DNA from: Nymphaea colorata
Taxonomy: Eukaryota
Assembly (NCBI RefSeq): GCF_008831285.2
Contig: NC_045138.2
Location: 30,504,001 to 30,568,000, forward strand
DNA length: 64,000 nt
Direction: 5' to 3'
Shown: in pieces, positions 11,801 through 26,323 of the stretch
Layout of the letters: each line of letters begins with the position of its first letter
How positions within the stretch are numbered: the first letter of the stretch is position 1
Program-made: the position numbers and the translations under genes
Notes under the pieces: model-generated
Database searches by the model: none
What the model saw: only the letters and a program-made list of their open reading frames with translations
What the model was told of the DNA's origin: nothing

Positions 11801-14800
11801 CTAGTGTGGACAATCAATTGCACATCCATCCGTCAAACAGAGCTGCTCCAACCTACTAAATTCAAAACACATGATGTTAAGTGCAGAACTATGAGATTCT
11901 CTCTGAACAACATCCCCCAACAACCATCCTGCAATCAAACCCCTCCCTTTGGAGGCTATTCTAAGCTGCTGAGAAGTTTCTCTTCCGGTTTCAAATGGCC
12001 AACTATCAACAAGTGTGAACCCCGCCTGTGATGCAGCATCAAGTATAGATGCTTCATCAACTCTCCTCAGAACATGGCACAATATAAGAACTGGCTTGCA
12101 TTCCCCAGTAGATCCTCCCGATATCAGTGCTGAAGCAGTCTTGAACAGAGGCAAGATGGCATCAGGTATATATGTGACATCAGTGCCAATGATCACATCA
12201 AAACCCTGAGGACATAATTCTTTCACCGAACCAATATCGTCACTGTTCCCCCATTCCAATTTCTTCCACGCCATTCTATCAGACAAAGGTGGGGACACGT
12301 TTGAGATGATATTCTGACCTAACAAGTCAAGGGCTCTCTCATCTCCATCTGTGGCAACCACCAGCTTTGCTGCACCAGCAGCAATCATTGAGCAGATACC
12401 AGAAGAACCACATCCTAACTCCAGAATGCTCTTCCCAGTGACTATGGAAGGATTGTCAGCCAATATTGAAGACATCAAACGAGCTGACTCCCACAGCATC
12501 AAACCCGTTGACTTGCACGTATGTTGAAATTCTTTAGAAAGCATCTTTATGTTGAAGATGTGGTCACCAATGGCGATATTGATCTTCTGCAATAAAAGTT
12601 TGACATTACAATCGCATATTTGATCTGTTATTATCGAGTGCTGGTTTATATAAAATGTGAGGCCACTTAGCCATAGAAAGCATTTCCCAAAAGCCACGTG
12701 GACAGATGTTAGATATCCAAAATTATGGAAGTCAAAACATCATGAAAAGTCAGAGATGTGCAGAATAGGTTGTATAAGGGTTTCAAATTTATTTGTTTTA
12801 GATTTTTTCGCTCGTCATTTCTAATCTAGACATTAGATCTTTATGATTTTAGAGATGGGGTGATCAGTAGGAAGGCTTATGAGCTAAAAGCTGATGAGAG
12901 ACCTAAAGGCTGTTCTAGACAGAGAGTCATACTAAAAGGTGACAAATTTTGGAGGGAGCAAGTTGTCTAAGCTTAATTAGGTATTGAACTCTTAATTTCT
13001 AACCACGTGCTCTAAACAACCTTATCTTTCAAGGCAAGCTCCAAACCCTTTTTGTAAGCTTCGATAATTGTTGCATATTACTAGCTATCAATCATAGAAT
13101 GGCAACGAAACATTTGGTAGTTTTCATCATGGATCTTTCATTGAAGCACAATAGGTTGTGTTGCGACGATGCTCAGACTGGTGAGAATGTAGAGGAGATC
13201 ATAGGACTATCTACTCAGTTTCAGGCAAAACAGCTGAATCACGTCAGTTTCTCCGATACAGAATTTCTCCCGTCCGGATGGTGTAGATGAAGAGGCCTCA
13301 ACATCCTGGTCCTTCATTGGAGCTTTGGATTGTCATAATTTGCAATATAGCCGAAATAGGCAGAAACATTGTACGACCATAATCAGATCTTTCAGAAATT
13401 ATGAATTGGAAAATTTCAGGACGACTCAGAAAGATCGTTTTCCTTAGCATAGTACAGGTCTTTGAAGAACTATAAAGCATTTACATGTAAAAGAAGAGAA
13501 AAGAATTACCGTCTAAAATAACATAAAAAAAGGGTGAGGAGTAAAAACAATGTTGTACATATTTATATGCATATATTGGCAGGGCTCAGATTCAGCAGTC
13601 AAAAAGTCTACCTACAATTTTCTCATTTGATTAGCTAGTTGCTTATTAATGGCCGCATGTACATTCAGGTTTCTATATTTGCTATTTCATGATAATGACT
13701 GACCACCCTGTTCTTTGTTCAATATTGAATGTGCATAACAAAGATTAACTTTTGATGGTCATCAATCCAAGTTGGCACTGGATCAGATACTGACCATTTG
13801 GTCTTTTACCAATGATGATCAACTAGTCTTCCTTTTCAGCATATGACAGAATAGCTAAAGGTAGCTGGTCACTAATCATAAATTCATGATGTAGTGATCC
13901 GCGATTTTCTATTTTTTAGCTCATTCACCTGGATAAGTGCACACCACTTCTTCAGATTAAATTATTCACGTTGCCTCATCCCCTATGTTCTCAAGGCACC
14001 CAGGTGCTAGGTGGGACTAGGCGCACCTAGGCAAAAAAGGCGACCGATTTTATTTTTTTTGTTTTTTTTTTTAGTTATGTTAGCCATTACATAATAAAAT
14101 TATGTACTCATTGACTGAACTGTAAGCTTCTATTCCAAGTAAAGCTTAAAAAACTGTTCTGTTCTGTTCTAATTGAATGATTACACTTTGTAAGTAAAGC
14201 CAAAAAGTAAAACATGAAAAACTGTTCTGCTCTTGTTTACATGAGAGACTAAAAGTACATTTCTAGCTTGTTTACATACTGGAAAACTGCTGTTCTTTTC
14301 TAGCTGATGCCATAGTTTGATACACAAAGAAGACACGTCATTCTTGTTTACATACTGGGCACGATGCTTGCATTTCTTATGGACTTTTTCAGTTATAGAG
14401 CTTATAGACTATGTCATTTGAATCATTTCAAACAAAAAACGTATCAAATCAGTACATATAATATACATTATAACAGATTCAACTGTAGATGGAACCACTT
14501 TAGAAATTGCTTCAGATTGTACTAATATACATATAAAACACATTAATATACAATACGTAAATATACATTATTTCAGATTGTGCATATATTATACATTATG
14601 ACAGATTGTACATAGTATATACAATAAAATCACAGGCATATACCTTCCCTTGGACTAGGCATGCTGGCGCCTAGTCCAGCCTAGGCATGCCTAGGTGCCA
14701 GCACAACACCCATCGCCTAAGTGATGGACTTCGGCGACGGGTGTGGACTGGCACCTAGTTCATGCCTAGGCGTCACCTCAACAACATAGCTGCTCCCACC

Positions 14801-17800
14801 ACCGTGACCCGATCAATGATGTTTCAACATTCAAAGGTCCCTTCTAACTATTCCTTTTCCTCCATACGAAAACTAAACAGCAATTTGGGAGGACCTATTC
14901 TGACTACATGTGCTACAGAATCAAAATCTAATATACTGATCCTACATTTCATGTCCATTTCTCCCAGTATATAAGCATCATTTCAGAAAAAGAACATAAT
15001 GCCCTATAAATCAAAGAAACAATTACTTCTTGATACGAGAAACAAACAGATAGTATGTGACAAAATCATATTTTCATACCTCAGAAAAATTAGTTGAAGT
15101 GTTGAACATATCAACAAGAATACTGTCGGAGATATCGACATCATTTGCAAGAACTGCAGTCTCACTTGATTGATGATGCTTTTCTGAATCATTGAATTCT
15201 GGAATACAGTTCACGTGGTTGCAGGACTCATGTGAATTGGAACCATCAGTAGTGCAAAAAACACATTGCATCCAGCGGCTAATATATGCAGCAGATCCCA
15301 GTCAAAGTCAATCAATTCCAAATTTCTCATAAGGAAAGAAAGCAGCATAGTTGTCAAAACTTAACATGCAAAAAGTAAAAATGTTAAATGCACTTATCTA
15401 TGGCAAAAAATCTATAGTTTCATTCTTTCCAATTTTCATAGTATTACCTTTAAGGTTCACTTGTTCCACTGTGAGGAAGGAGAAAAAATTTTGATAGGAA
15501 GGGACCAGTGCAGGGAAAATAGATGGAAGTTTTGCCAGGAAAATTAAATTATAGAGACGTGATGCTACTTCGCCAAGAAAATGGAATTGCAGAGAAAATT
15601 ATAAGTGCCTCATAGTAGGCCCCACAGAAAAATCGGTTCTAATATTTGTTTCCCTCAGCCAAAAAGAATCACTCTTCCTGGCAAAACGGTAGATTCATAA
15701 AGTAGGTGAATCACATGCAGCCCAAACCTTTTCTCTTAAATATGACACTGACCTTAGCCTTAATGACAGCCATGATTCAACAACTTCAAATGTCCTAGAA
15801 TGTAGCATATTCGCTCATATAGATACTTGTCTTAGTTGTCATGAAACCCATAACTGCTGAAATGCTATAACAAACTGTTCCAGAATAAGAAATTAATTCT
15901 AAAAATAAAGTTATGAAATTTTTTTTGAGATATAGTAATAATACAAGAAGATATATTTTTAAAAATATCAAACCAGGCAAATGCTCAAGGTCATGAGTTG
16001 GTCATTTTCAGACCCACCAACAATCTGAACTATATGTTTGACAATGAAATTTGAACTCTTATTGCTTTAGAATTTCAAATTTTGGCAATCTTTAATGGAT
16101 TCAGTCATTCAAATACAGGATATCTCTTTATTCACAACTAACACCTCAAGTAAATGGAGAATGAAAATAAAATTAATATAAACAAGAACATTAACTTAAA
16201 TAACATTCTATGTAAATAAATTAAACAACTGCAGTCACACTTGACAACACTCAAAATTCAACCATCTGCTAAGCCAGTCAATATAGGAGGAAAAGGGTCT
16301 TCCATCCAACTGCCCTAACTTATTAACCTAAGACCCCGTCAAGCTGTTTCACCTCCCAGCAAAGAGCCTCAAGGATAGAAAGAAGGAGGAGGATAGGAAG
16401 GAGTCAGGGCTCAGTTTGAGAGGTTCAAAGATGCTAAAAAACAGGATAAGGAATTAATTTAGCTTTTATGATGAGCTTCTTTTTGTACTTCATTTTAAAC
16501 GACAGTTGAATTGTCCTTTAACAGCAGGTCTCTGACATTGTTAACTATATTTTTTGCTTACTATATAGTACTGTAATGCTCTACAACTGTTATCAAGTCA
16601 GAAACACTCGTATGGATGTTTGAAGTTAATTTTCTTTTAAAGTAATCAAACTTGTTGATTTACAACAGAATCTAGCAAATTGAAGTAATTATTTTAATTT
16701 TTTTGTTTGGTGTCCTAATCAGATACTTTCAAGTCTTTAACATAAGTTAAATTCTTTCAGAGTACTGAACTGCAATTAGCTATTGATTTATTGATCGATC
16801 ATTTGTATCAATGTAGATGAGTATGCATGCTATTCAAGCCTCAACTAATACATGGTTAATGGGAACTCGAACTATGTTTGCAAAAATGTTTAAGTTTCAA
16901 TGAGAAAATCTTCAACAAGTTCCAAGTATTCTGGGTTTTTCTCCAAATCAAAATGGCCCATCAATGTATACATTATCCTATCCTATAGGTATTGAGAAAT
17001 TCATCCCCACTTTTGGCTTCAGCATCCCAAGATTGGCCCTTGAGATTACATTTGTCAATATGAACAAACTATCCACTTTCAAATAAAATATTATAAACAC
17101 CCTTAAGAAATGTGAATGAGTTAAACAGAAAGTCCCTACAAGTAACATAATATGGTAAGTTGTTGAGCAATCCAACTTGGTCCTTGAGATTACATTTGTG
17201 ATTTGTCAATAAAATTACTTTCGTTCTAATGAAATAACATAAATACCCCTAAAAACTGAATAAAAAGAATGGGCTCAATAGAAACACATACAAGTAATTT
17301 TTAAAATGCAGATCGACTTGTCAATGATCTTAAACTCTTAAAGAAACATCCACGAAAAGAGGGGGATGGGGGTAAAACCAGCACCGCAAATTATTGTCAC
17401 AGAAAATGTGTATTAATCGAAAAAAACGTGTTAAATACGTGAAAAATATGTCAGCCATATAAAACGGCAATTAGACATTTTAAAAAAAAAAAAACGCCAG
17501 AAAATAAAAAACGTGAAGAAAGGCGTATTAGACGTTTTTTTTGTTTTTTTTCGTATTTTTTATTTTTTTTATAATTTTCAGGATTTATTAAATGTTTTAA
17601 ATTTTTGAAAAAATTGTCGAGTTTTTTTCGAGATATTCCCGAAATATACAACTTTGCCGTATAATACCCGAGAAATCCCTAGCCGTATAATACCCGTAGA
17701 TGATATATGTGACAATGCCGCAAATAAAAAAAAATCATAGGAAAAAATATACACAACAAAAACTCTTATATGCATATAAAATATATTAGTGCATGTATTG

Positions 17801-20800
17801 ATGAAGCAACCAAAGCACCTAATAGCAGCAACTTTATATACCAGTGGCATGGAAATGCTGGTGCACTTTAGAGCACCATCTCAAATAAAAAATTCAAATG
17901 TGCAGAGATTTTGCCATCCTAAAAAAATTACAAGCAACAGATAAGCCATCAATAGTGTCAATGATCTTACCGGTCCATCACAATTCCCCTGGAACGATTC
18001 TCCACTTGCTTGCAATGTATGATAAATTCTTTGCAGATAAATCCATTTTGCTTAAGTAAACCAAGCAAAAAATCTTCAGAGAAATAAAAAGCACGCTGAG
18101 CCAGTGGAAAGGGAATGTCAGAGTCAACCAACAGAAACCCTATGACAATCATGTGAGAGAAAAAAAAAGTGACTAGGGGCTATAATTCACATACAGTGCC
18201 GTCACCCCTGACATAAAAATTCTCACTGATCTTCTGATCTTTACTAGTTAGCCGTTCCTACAATAAAATCAACCCATCCAAAGGTTAGTCTAGTTAGAAA
18301 GTTCATCAGAATGAACCGAATGCCACCAGAATATTATTGACAGCTTTTCAAATGGACATTAAGAACATGCAAAATTGCACAAATTTATTACATTATGAAA
18401 GTCTAGATACATACATGATCCAGATCGGATATGGTTGCCAAACCAATAGTAGAACAAAATTAAACGAAACAAAAATTATTGATTGCAAGAGAGAAGAAGT
18501 TCTAAAAATCACATCTCAGTTCATATATCCTCAAGTTGCATGCTGAGTTGACTTGGGAGATCAAGAGACTGTATTATAGCCCAGTAGCAAGTTAAGGTGA
18601 ACAGTCTTCTGAAACCAAGACACAAGCCATTAAAGACCTAAATACATGTCCTTTTGGCTTTTCATAAATTCTATTTCTGTATTGAACAAATATTTGTGAA
18701 AGTAAAGAGAAGTGCATCACAAAATGCAAAGAGTTCAGAAAATGGTAAGAGAAAAATAAAAGCTCAGAAGCCCTGCCAAGAAAGTTCCAGCATCATCTAA
18801 CATGTCCTTTTGGCTTTTCATAAATTTTAGCTCTATATTGAACAATTATTTGTATAAGTATGCATCTAAGAGTAGTGCATCACAAAATGCAAAGAGTTCA
18901 GAAAATGGCAAAAAAACGCAAAAGCTCAGGAGTGCTGCCAAGAAAGATCCAGCAGATGCCAGAAAGAAGACATGTAAACTTGCAGGAAGTGGAAACTCTG
19001 AAGAATAACAAGTGTTCATTGAGCAATGTAAAAACAATATATCACATGATTTTATTTGAAAACACAATAGGTAACTTAATTGAGCTACCTGTGCAAGGTC
19101 TCCAATGGCATAATCCCGTAACAAAACATAACCACTTGGCTGCAGGAGAATAGAAGCACTCAGTCAGACATTTATACATGATAAAGTAACTTAAAGTGAA
19201 GATAACCATCAAAAAAGTTCTTTTTTTCTGAAATTCAATACCTTAAGCACTCTTCTTATATTCTGCAACACTAGTGGCATCTTCTCAGGTGATACTGCAG
19301 ATAACATAAATATCTGCAAAAGTCAGATAATTCCCAAACGTCTTCATAAAACTTTCACATGCATCATCAGAAACTACATCATGTCAAAAAGCCTCTTGCA
19401 GTAATCAGGACTTATAGATGCAAAAATAAAACACTGCCACAGTACACTAGAGATGCAAGAAAATTACCATGGTTACCACATCAACTGAAGATGGTAAAAT
19501 TTTGTTGCCAAGGTCATCTACTGTCAGATCACATACAAAGACATCAACACAGTCCGCTTTGAAATCCTTGTGTCCCTGTATCAAAAAGTTTTCAGAAAAT
19601 GTAATCCATCAGTTCTAAGCAACATGGGTGAACATGCACATGCAGGGTAGTTCATATGAATTGTCCAAATAGGAAAGTAACTCTGCAGCTTGTTTTCTGT
19701 CAAATGAATTATGCAAATGCAGTTATAGTTTTTAGTAAAGTAACATATCATTAGTTTTCAACATACGGTGTTATAGCTGGCTTCAGCATTGTAGTCATTT
19801 TCAAGGAACGATTTATATATATGCCTAGGGACTTGTCCCCTTGGAGCCTAAAATTAGAGACGCACTAAAATCCACTTTGGTGTAGAAACTTGTACCACTC
19901 AACTGCAATGGTAAGCGGAAGAAGCTTTTGGCACAACCATTCCAACCCTCCTAACTATACAAGCAAAATAGTGATAAAGAACTGGAGAATCACCCACAAT
20001 ACATGTCACATAGCCTATCAACTGCTTTATGCCTGAGATATAAAGTTAACCGAATAGGGAAAGAGGAGACAACATCCAGCAATCACATGAAGCTGGACTT
20101 AAAATTAGATTGTTTGTTGAATCCACCAAATAGATGTTTTCCCTGAGGAGCCGATAGAGCTTCAGTATAGAAGAAATTAGCAGGAAAAGAGAAAGCCACA
20201 TACAGCAAACAACTTTTGAATCTCAAAGATTCATTACTTTCATAAAGCATCTCATTGATTAGTGAATATTAACCCTTAGTAAACGGTCAGAGCTTACAAA
20301 GAATTCACAATTAACTCAAGTATATGCCAGATTGAAAGAGACAATACTCGGTTCTCAAGTAACAATGCAGTTCACTGATGAATCACAAATTCCACCAAAC
20401 AAACTTAACCATAATCACCAACATTGCCAAAACAACCAGCAAATACAGTTGTGTCAGCAGGTTCAACAATTATCTGAACTAGCAAGGCTTCAAATTTCGA
20501 GATAACAAAGTTTTTGTTGGAACAAAGTCACCAAATTGTTAAACAACCAAAACGCTGCTAATGGTACATTATGTTCGCCCATGCTGCGCAAAACACAGAA
20601 AGGGACCAAATGCCTAAGCTCATCTTAATATCTTTGCACTTCAAATAGCACTAAGATTTAAAAGAGTATGCAAATATGTCATACTAATATTCTGGTTAAG
20701 GTGCCTAAAAATAGTCCAGGTCTATCATTCAGAATATCAAAATTTTCAGTATGAAATCAAACAAACCTTCACTAGATTAACAGCACGCGGTGAGAAATCA

Positions 20801-22609
20801 CAAGCATAAATAAAGATATTTGGAAATGTGGCAAGTAAAGGGAAAATTGTGTTCCCAGCTCCACAGCCAACCTGCGTATCATTATCAGCACAATTAAATT
20901 AATCAAAACAATAAAGAGACTAACCAAAGCACTCCTTGAACAGAAACTACCATGAGAAACTAAATGCTATAAGAAGAATACAACCACAATTCCATCTTTT
21001 TTATTTATGAAAACCACAACAGAAACAGCAGTTCAGATATTTATACCTTATATACGAAAACGAGATGTAATTTGGATGACAATGTTTTAATAAAAAGCTA
21101 AAAACTAACCCCACAAAAACCACAATATGTTTCATAGTTCATATCCTACCATATTTCTGACTTCCCGTGCTTTCTTAGATTTAATTTTTATAAATAAACA
21201 AAAATAAAATATACAAATTCATAATCAACAATATTTAAAAGTGAACATGAACAAACAGGCAAGAGTAAAGGTTTAACATGAACAAACATGTAGGAAGGAG
21301 GCTTCAATTACTGCAGAAGAAAATGGAACATTCCAATATATTGCATATGTAACAGAGATTCTCGCCAGGATATGCTACAAGATAGCATTTTATTCAAGAT
21401 CAAACTGATTTCCTACATAACCTTTTCACATTTTAAAGGCTACTTAGATACCCATAGCCATGGCATCCTCTTACCTTGTTAACTTGTAAAACATCGTCAC
21501 TGCCAATGACTACACCGACCCATAAGTAACAACCAGGAGAAAAAAGTTTGAATGCAAAGAGTTTTCCCACTTCCAAAGATTCCTGTACCTTATGACATAG
21601 GCATATATGAACTTTACATTCCACGAGGGATCAAAAAAGGAATAACTAGCTCAGCTTTCACATATATGGAGCTCAAAGTGGTCAATTGCCCAGCGAATTG
21701 GTTTACGTTACTTCCTGCAATTGATGCAAGTTAGACTCTATGTACTGTTAGAGTTCAACTTATGCACATCATGAGTTTCCTTTTAAGGGCTATAAAATTG
21801 TGACGCTTGTAACTTTCTTTTCCCCGACTAAGAAGCATGAATTTCCAACTTGTTGAGCAGCACAAGCCACAAAGGTCCCCCTTTCAGAATGTTAAGCTGT
21901 CGCAATTTGCGATGATAGTGGATACTCACGTAGGAAAGCAATTTATCAGAATAACACTAACGAAAAGTATAGCAACTTACCTCGAACACAATTTTCTTCT
22001 TCCCCTTATTATCCGAGGTAGAGCCCTTTGAATCATTCTCATCCCCGTCCTGAGGAGAAAAGGAACCACAAAATAACAGATCAAACAAATGATACCTGAA
22101 ACAATCACACACCGAGAGAGAGAGAGAGAGAGAGAGAATAGATAGAGACCCACATCGAAATAACGCCCCCATTCTTTATCCAAGTAATGACGATCTTTAA
22201 AGAACTGCAAAAGCAGTTGGAACAAATGAAAATAGATATTAGAATAATCCTCAATGGAAGCCAGAAAAGAGAGGCAGAAGCGCGTACCCTGTTCTCATGG
22301 CGTCTGTAGAAGATGTCCCAGTACTTCCTCGCTTCCCTTTCGTACTTGTCTACCATTTGGATTTCAGAGACCGACCGTGCAAGTAGATAAAAAATAACAA
22401 CAACCAGAAAACAGAATATGATATACCCACAAGAGATTCACATACAAGAAAACAGAGAGGACACAAGAGTTAGAGATGTCAATCGCCAGGATACCTCTCC
22501 AGAAGGGAGTGATGACCCCGGTATTCGACGTCGGGTAGATCTGCACACGCACGCCACTCTGCGTAGCAGATAGAGACGACGAAGAAGAAGTGGTGTCTGT
22601 GGACGCCAT
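11801..22609 (-). CDS. METTL6: Two-domain SAM methyltransferase: METTL6/Trm140-like tRNA N3-methylcytidine methyltransferase fused to a C-terminal Methyltransf_16-type domain (~601 aa)
   Basis: Twelve exons join in frame to 1806 nt: 22609-22495, 22349-22288, 22204-22154, 22049-21981, 20871-20767, 19575-19468, 19313-19242, 19139-19089, 18257-18195, 18095-17971, 15278-15080, 12586-11801. METTL2/6 motifs: [60 protein letters not shown]. The last exon has [29 protein letters not shown] and [10 protein letters not shown]. An alternative in-frame ATG lies at 22714. Confidence 0.92.
13983..14789. mobile_element. Non-autonomous DNA transposon (hAT-like, ~0.8 kb) in the last methyltransferase intron
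   Basis: Short TIR ctatgtt / aacatag. Both subtermini are dense in cctagg/ctaggc motifs, and the AT-rich middle has repeated cttgtttacat. No convincing TSD. Confidence 0.6.
17392..17717. mobile_element. hAT-type MITE (326 bp) in a methyltransferase intron
   Basis: TIRs tattgtcaca / tgtgacaatg (9 of 10 match). Perfect 8-bp TSD ccgcaaat at 17384-17391 and 17718-17725. Subterminal ccgtataatacccg repeats. Confidence 0.85.
18644..18954. repeat. Diverged ~155-bp intronic tandem duplication
   Basis: acatgtccttttggcttttcataaatt...gtgcatcacaaaatgcaaagagttcagaaaatgg...tgccaagaaag is present twice. Confidence 0.9.
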
Positions 22610-23872
22610 TGTGGTGGTCGCCGTCGCCCTTCTTGTAGTGAAGGGAGCAGCCGGCGACGGCAATGGAGGGAGTGGAGGATGAAGAAGACTGTCTAGGGTC
22701 CAACTTAGACGCATCGTGGTTTTCTTGGGCACGGGCACTGGAAAACGTGAGTCGACCTACGTCGGCAGTTCGGGCTAGGCCAGTAGCTCGTGCTGGAAAG
22801 TGGAAACGCAGCCGAGTTCGAGCTCAGTCCCAGAGAATAACTCACGAACCCAAACTCGAATTGGCTCGTGTACCAGCAACAATGTGTTGTTCACCTCTTT
22901 AAAAGAGCTACAGACTGAAGGATATTGACGGCTCAATAGTTGAAAGTTGAAACACATCAATCCCAATTTACCAACAAGTAATAAGGATAATTTTGGTCTT
23001 ATAATATATGAACGTACTTTAAAATCACTTTAAAGCGTGTTTGGTAGCCTCGGATGTAAGGTCAGAGGTCAATTTAGATCTTCAAATCTTAAAATCAAGG
23101 TTTCGTATACGAGGGTTGAGTTCTGAGCATGTTTATTAACATTTTAACTTACCTCGAATCTGTGTCCCTTATTTTCATCTATTTTCAAAACTATTACCGG
23201 GCTTAATGCATGAGAAGAATGTTACTTTGTTACCGGTTCTCACAATTAATTGATCTACTATGGTTGACAAACCTGGTTTAGGGCCATAAGAAGTTCATGA
23301 CAAAAAGTTCTAAATGATAAACTGCAGTAAACATGAAAACTTTTTTTACCATCAATGTTATACATTACTGAACAACAATAGCACCTTCTTTAGGCTCTGA
23401 AGCAGACAGTGCGAACTCCTCGCAGCTTCCTAGGGGACAATTAAATTACATTCAAAAGCTGAAGGGGGACTAAAAGTTCAATCCTTAGGCATGTCTCCAA
23501 GCACAAACTGTTGTGCTTCTGCCTAACCTCGGAATTCACAAAAAAGAAAGACCAATAACAAACACAGATGCGAAGTTTGATTACTTATAACGAAGAAAGA
23601 TTCTGTCAAATTGGTTTTCCAATGGTTTGTTCTGGTTTTGATGTCTGGCAAATTTATATACTTTATTCTATATATATCTCATTTTGGAAGCTTCTGCAAG
23701 TTCCAATAATATGCTCTCTTAATTCAGCATCGGTTGTATCTTTTACTGTTCTTTTTTTCAGTGGATCGAGCCCCATGCAAGCTCCTTCTTGTTCACACTG
23801 CTACAATTAGTTTAGAATTCATACATATTAAGTCAGTGTTGAACCAGAATGCGCCCATTGATAGGCTGAATA

Positions 23873-24250
23873 ATATTGCAGAATCTCTGCCAGTATAAAT
23901 TATCCACAACTCAGATCAGGTCATAATCTTATTGACATAATTCTGGAAAGTCTTCTCTGAAGATTCAGTATCATTAATGCCCAAAATAACATATTTTTTG
24001 CAGGAAAACAACGGTAGCATATGCAATTTCCACACCAAAGTTCACGTTTCAACATGTGAAATGATATTGCAGAATCTCCGCCAATATAAATTATAGACAA
24101 CTCAGAACAGGTCATAATCTTATTGACATAATTGTGGAAAGTCTTCTCTGAAGATTCAGTATCATTAATGCCCAAAATGACATTTTTTTGCTGGAAAACA
24201 ACAGTAGCATATGCAATTTCCACACCAAAGTTCACTTTTCAACATGTGAA
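23873..24250. repeat. ~190-bp tandem duplication just 3' of the DUF642 stop codon
   Basis: Copies 23873-24060 and 24064-24250 both run atattgcagaatct...aacatgtgaa with scattered mismatches. Confidence 0.95.
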
Positions 24251-24394
24251 CTAGCTCTGATCAATATCAGCAGTATCGTATAAATATTTCCATATGGAAT
24301 ATGTTGAAGCTTAGCCAAGTAGATGCACTCACTTAAGCAGCAGTGCTAGCATGTACCCTCTCCCACACACACACACACAACCACAAACACATTC

Positions 24395-26287
24395 TTATAC
24401 TCTAATTCTCCCAAGCTTATGTGGTACAGTCCTCATGCTAAGCAGCTTTACATCATCTATGGTAGGACCACAGAGAGCTGCATCAATTCTTGTATGATAA
24501 AATGTGCTTAAGAACATGATACGGGTGCGAGCCGAAACAGCATTGAACCGGAGCTCAGCTCTTTTGAAGCCTCCAGTTCCCTTCGATTCGTACGGCACTT
24601 TGATTGTGTCTCTGTCTGCAAAAGCCTCAACTATCATGGAACCTTCACACTTGTTGTTAGCATCACCCACTGCAAAGGTGAGCACGTAGTTTCTGCCTGG
24701 TACAGTGCGCACAACTTGAGCAATGGCACTCTCTTTCCCTGCTACAAGCTCAACGGCTCGTCGACCTTGTGGAACCAGGTAGTGGTCGGAGTCGATATAT
24801 CTCACAGCCTTGAGAGATTCAATCATCCATCCTGGCAGGGGAGAGTGATCATCCTCAATGTTGGGGGGGATGAGCACTCCCCATGAAGTGTTTGGGAACA
24901 CATATGGTCCTTCTTCAAAGCCCCCGTTCTTCAAGAGGTTCTCTGCAAGATGCATGAAAATCACATGGTTCAATGTGCTAAGCAGAAGCTCATTTAAGTA
25001 ATGCAACTGCATGTGAATTAGTCAGATTTCCAGAAGGTTCTGAACCAACAAATTTAAGTAACTCATATGCAGGTGGGTCAATCAATGAACTACCCAGTAT
25101 CACCCCATTCTATTATTTCTTAGCACAGCAATCAAGCATGATATGTTTCTAATGGTGCGTATGAAAATGGGGATTCCCATCACCAATGGCAATAACTCTC
25201 AAATCATGATGAGGAGCACCTCAAGATAAAAAGAGCAACAGATCTACCTAGTTTCAAGGGCTGGCAGAAAGAGGGTTTAAGGGCAAGAAACAGCTTTGGG
25301 TTTAGGTCATCTCCTTGGCTCTACTGAATACAGACAACAACTGCAAGTCTTCAAAAGCAGTTGCCATGCACTGATACAGCATTCTGACCCCACCTCTTTG
25401 TCCTCCTATGCTGAAAGGTGTACACCAACTTGCCAAATAATAGCGTAAAGTTTTCCTTTTGTGCCCAGTTCATGAATAAGTTAGGGTTTGCATGTCTGGC
25501 CATGTCGTGATCTGGAGGGAAAATCTGATGCACTTCAAAAATCCTGCCAGAAATGGTCGTTCCAATGATTCCATGACCGACAGAGCAACTAGATCGCCAT
25601 CCTGAAATTGTGGTAACTCTACCTATTTTTCTAAAGACAACCATAGATGTATAACTAATTATGCAGCATTTAATGCCTATCGATTTCTAATCCAACATGA
25701 AGGCCTATTGACAATATTGGAGAATTATGTGATCCAAGAGATGATGCCCATAAAACAGAACATGTCAATAACATCTGTGCAGTAGCAGTAAATAAACAGC
25801 CCCCAAGCAAAAGGATGATTATGTTGTTTACTGTAGTCCGACAAAGGGTTATTTTCTACTAATACACTCATCTCTGACTCTACCTTTACTTATTTTAAAT
25901 TCGTTCTTGAAGTTAAATTTGTTGGTAGAAACTCTTTCTGTTTCTTCAAATGACATCATAAATGCCTTTAAATTCAAATTAAAGAAGAAAAAAATAAACT
26001 GTTTTTCTGACCACATAGTCTGGTAAGATGCTAACCATGTTTAAAATAACAAAAGAATAGATCCACAGACGGCTTATGCATATGGTTTATGGAAAACCTG
26101 TTGGCCGACAACCTAGGCGCTAAACTAAGGCCTACCCAGAAAGGCTGCCGACCATATCTACGACACTTGATGCACGTCGTCTCCTCGCCGGAAAAATGCA
26201 AGACCTTGATTTAGAAACTTCTAAATATCGGCCATTTCGCTGCTTGAATCAAATGAACTTGAACCAAATTCATCTATACCAGCTTTT

Positions 26288-26323
<36 letters not shown>

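Noticed and set aside
11801..12697. 298-aa ORF as a stand-alone gene
   Set aside because: Non-ATG start. A good acceptor at 12587 is in phase with the upstream exon, so it is treated as the last exon of the methyltransferase gene.
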